Source: Fistulifera solaris
Lineage: Eukaryota
Length of the DNA: 64,000 nucleotides
Direction of reading: 5' to 3'
NCBI GenBank assembly: GCA_030295235.1
Contig: AP026124.1
Coordinates: 248,001 to 312,000 of the forward strand
Below, in pieces: positions 60,810 through 64,000 of this stretch. Each line of letters begins with the position of its first letter. Positions within the stretch are counted from its first letter, which is position 1. A program made the position numbers and the translations under genes. Under the pieces are notes generated by a model that saw only the letters and a program-made list of their open reading frames with translations, was not told where the DNA came from and did not search any database.

Positions 60810-62564
60810 ATGAAACTCGAATTATCGTTACGAGCCGTCGATTTAAAAAATGTCGCCGGTCTCTGGAAAGGCACCAGCGATCCTTTTTGCGTCGTCACAC
60901 AAATGTCCACTTCTTCCTCCGGCGCACCACCACAAGTCTTGGGACGATCCGAAGTCATTCAAAATACATTGAGTCCTTCCTGGACACACGTCTTTCCCTT
61001 TGATTACGAAATGGGCACCATTGTGAAACTCATTGTCACGATTTATGATGAAGAAACGAAACGTGACAACAAACCCATGGGCAGTGCCTTGTTGGATGTT
61101 GCCGATGTCTTGGGAGCCCGAGGACAACGCAAAGCAATTCAATTGCGACAAGGAGGGAAATTGTTTGCGCATCTGCGAGAACGACACGGTACCGGTCTTT
61201 TGCGTCTACAACTCAAGGCAAGTCAACTCAAAAATACGGAAGGATTCGGATTCCGCAACAAGAGTGATCCGTTCTTCGAAATTTCACGACAAATCAATAG
61301 TGCTTCGGGTGATACGTGGGATAATGTGTATCGCAGTGAAACCAAAATGAACAATCTCGAGCCAGAATGGAATATGACCACGTTAGAACTCAGTACCGTG
61401 TGTGGAGGAGATATTCACTTGCCACTCAAAGTCACCATCTATGACTACGATGACGATGGGAAACATGATTATATGGGAGAGTTGGAAACCACCGTACAAG
61501 GTTTATTGACGGCATGTACGAATGGAGTCGAAGATCCCAGTAAAGCGTTGAAAGTACAGAAACAAGGAAAAGCAGCCGGTGTCGTCTATGTGTTCCAGGC
61601 GGAGGTATCAGGAGCATCCAACAACAACCACCACAACAACGATGTGACACCCCGGATGGCCGCCGTGTCCCTGCAAGAAACCGTAACACCAGTCGTACCC
61701 ACCACTGCACCTTCCTTTGTCCGTTATCTCAGTGGAGGGTTGGAATTCAATGTCGTCGTGGGCATTGATTTCACGGGATCCAATGGCAACCCCCGAGATG
61801 CCGGAACCTTGCATTATTTAGACCCTACGGGAGCCACCAAGAATGATTACGAAAAGGCCATATCCTCCATTTTGTCGGTCTTGTCCAAATATGATCACGA
61901 TCAACAATATCCCGTTCTTGGCTTCGGCGCCAAGTACAATGGTGTCGTCAATCATTGTTTTCAGTGTGGACCCCATCCGGAAGCCAAAGGTATTGATGGA
62001 GTGCTTGATGCCTACCATCAAGTGTTTCGTTCAGGATTGATTATGAGTAGTCCGACCGATATCACGCACGTCATTCAAAAGGCGGCTGAGCGTGCCACGG
62101 ATGCTCAAAAAAAGGCGGAAGCGTTCGGGAAACAAGCATATTCCATTCTACTGGTTGTCACGGACGGTGCGGTCACCGATGTAAAAGCCACGGCGGATTG
62201 TTTGGCCAGAGTTTGCGATGCTCCGTTGTCAATTGTGATTGTCGGAGTGGGTCATGCCGATTTTACGGCCATGCAGTTTTTAGACGATGCCAACAAGTCG
62301 ACACGCCGCGATATTGCGCAATTTGTGGAATTCAATCAACACAAAGAAAGCAGCGCTTCTCTTTCTGCGGCTACTTTGAAAGAAATTCCAGATCAGGTGG
62401 TGAGCTACTTTCAGTGGAGAGGCATTTCACCTGGGAAACCAATAGAAGTAGAAGAGGAAGATATAATAGTCGCAGAAGAAGAGGAGGACATTGATTTGTC
62501 GCTCGACTTTCAGGAGGGAGATATTGTCGTCACAGCCGGTGGTACGAGAGAAATTGGATGGTAA
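60810..62564 (+). CDS. Copine (C2-C2-vWA)
   Basis: SDPF occurs twice, followed by IDFTGSNGNP, GFGA, VTDG, PLSIVIVGVG..DF..MQFLD, RDIAQFV and LKEIPDQV. Intronless. Confidence 0.93.
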   Translation: MKLELSLRAVDLKNVAGLWKGTSDPFCVVTQMSTSSSGAPPQVLGRSEVIQNTLSPSWTHVFPFDYEMGTIVKLIVTIYDEETKRDNKPMGSALLDVADVLGARGQRKAIQLRQGGKLFAHLRERHGTGLLRLQLKASQLKNTEGFGFRNKSDPFFEISRQINSASGDTWDNVYRSETKMNNLEPEWNMTTLELSTVCGGDIHLPLKVTIYDYDDDGKHDYMGELETTVQGLLTACTNGVEDPSKALKVQKQGKAAGVVYVFQAEVSGASNNNHHNNDVTPRMAAVSLQETVTPVVPTTAPSFVRYLSGGLEFNVVVGIDFTGSNGNPRDAGTLHYLDPTGATKNDYEKAISSILSVLSKYDHDQQYPVLGFGAKYNGVVNHCFQCGPHPEAKGIDGVLDAYHQVFRSGLIMSSPTDITHVIQKAAERATDAQKKAEAFGKQAYSILLVVTDGAVTDVKATADCLARVCDAPLSIVIVGVGHADFTAMQFLDDANKSTRRDIAQFVEFNQHKESSASLSAATLKEIPDQVVSYFQWRGISPGKPIEVEEEDIIVAEEEEDIDLSLDFQEGDIVVTAGGTREIGW

Positions 62565-62639
62565 AACATCATGTAGGCACAAAAGTCAAAGTCAATACTT
62601 TTTCATCGTGGAAAAGAAACGAACAACTAATTCTTATTC

Positions 62640-64000
62640 TTAGTGCTTTCTAGTTCTTGATTGTAATGCGGCAGCGACGTCACTACCCAAACCAAGGCCG
62701 GCCCAGATATCAACGGGATCCTCTTGAATTGGAGCCATGGCTAGCTTGCGTTCGTGTGCGACTCGTGCGATCACTTTCATTGCAGCAATGTCGTATCCAA
62801 TCATATCTCGAAGCTCTCCCAATCGTTGTCGAATCAAACGTTTTAATTCTCTTAAAGGAATTGCCAATGACTTGTTTGCAACAATCTTTTCGAAGGGAAA
62901 GAAAAGGGAGAATTGGGTGAGCTATCTCTTGAGTACAACAATTATTGGTCAACGAAGGTTGTAAAGGGCTCAGAAATTTGGGTATAGGTTTTAAAGACTA
63001 CCACCATGTCTTTGTCTGGCGAGGAAACACTCTTCATAGCACTGCATCATGGTCGAATAGCTAGAAAACGTACCTGATTTTGGTGAGATTTGACCATGAA
63101 AACTGCAACTTTAGAGCAAAGTTCGACCCCTCGTCCATTCCTCAACAAAACTATCATGTAGTAAAGAAGCCTTTCTAAGTGACTGACGGGAAGGACAAGT
63201 AGACTTTGTTCTAGCTCCGCACTCCGAACAGTTTTTAAGACCCACAATACATAGTTCGCTGGCTCCATATTCAGCATGAGTGGATTTGGCTGTCGCGTTG
63301 CATCAGCACCCTGTGTTTTGCGGAAAAGTGCAATACTCTTTGTTTCTTGATCGGCTTGCTCTAGTGCTTCCATGATACGGTCACCCGATGATACGCTAAG
63401 AATGCTTTTCCTAACAGCGGCTTCACTTTGCGGCTCATCATTGGAACCTGAATCTGATTCTTCGTCCTCGTCGTTTCCACGCTTTTTGCTGAGAATGGCG
63501 GCGGTTCCGCCCTCATCGCGGTCGTTCACCCTATCAAACATCTGTTCCATCTCCCTTTCTCTCTCTTCCTCAATAAATACTATATCCTTAGTGCGTTCCC
63601 ACACCCGTATCTGTCTATCCATCCCACACGAGAGAACAAACGCGCCTGTTCGACTCACTGCCAACGAGTTCACCTCTCCAAAATGACCGCTGAGAACTAG
63701 TATTTGTTGAAAGCGATCACCGTCCCAATATCGAAGAGTGCCATCTTTGCTCGCAGTGAAGAAATAATGTGTTCTCTTAACAAACTTAAGATCCGTAACT
63801 GAATCTTCGTGTCCATGAAGAGTTCTGTGGGTGTCACCAAAGTCAAGCCCAAATATTTTTACCGTCTTGTCAGCTCCAGAAGACGCTAAGATCATGTCGT
63901 CATCACTAGAATCCATGGCAAGTACGGGTAATTTGTGTCCATACAGACTTAGGAAGAGCTTCAACGAGTCATCGAAGAACACCTTTATGGTGCAATCCAG
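62640..64000 (-). CDS. WDR3: UTP12/DIP2/WDR3 SSU-processome WD40 protein, 3' part
   Basis: LFLSLYGHKLPV, ADKTVKIFGLDFGD, HEDSV, WERT and ELEQSLLVLP. Intron 63073-62886. Confidence 0.93.
62966..63055 (-). ncRNA. Intronic box C/D snoRNA, predicted LSU rRNA 2'-O-methylation guide
   Basis: Box C-like ATGATGC (63050-63044), box D CTGA (62973-62970) and adjacent guide CCTATACCCAAATTT complementary to the conserved LSU tract AATTTGGGTATAGG. The host intron is unusually long (188 nt). Confidence 0.75.

Overview
Gene-dense eukaryotic nuclear DNA, most likely from a pennate diatom. The evidence is short GT-AG introns, short intergenic spacers and a bipartite plastid-targeting presequence (signal peptide plus AGA-FAP) on a thylakoid cyclophilin. 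About 30 protein genes are present, mostly housekeeping. Many ORFs break by single-base indels in homopolymer runs, which looks like long-read assembly error rather than pseudogenisation. The signals the ORF track does not explain are: (1) a ~580-nt non-coding segment (6242-6817) that folds into two closed multi-branched domains, with G-U pairs and GAAA/UUCG tetraloops favouring a minus-strand RNA, and that matches no family I can recognise; (2) a C/D-type kink-turn overlapping the branch point of a candidate 3'-UTR intron of SNU13, suggesting autoregulation; (3) a 2OG-Fe(II) dioxygenase gene sitting between two copies of a ~390-bp duplication of the junction between two convergent genes; (4) three DNA transposons stacked almost end to end in one divergent promoter (a Harbinger-type MITE, a Merlin-like element carrying a 23 x 34-bp array, and a deleted Sola-like element); (5) an intronic box C/D snoRNA in UTP12; (6) a PERK-like eIF2-alpha kinase with an extra ACT-like tail. 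All calls were made by eye. No searches or folding programs were run.
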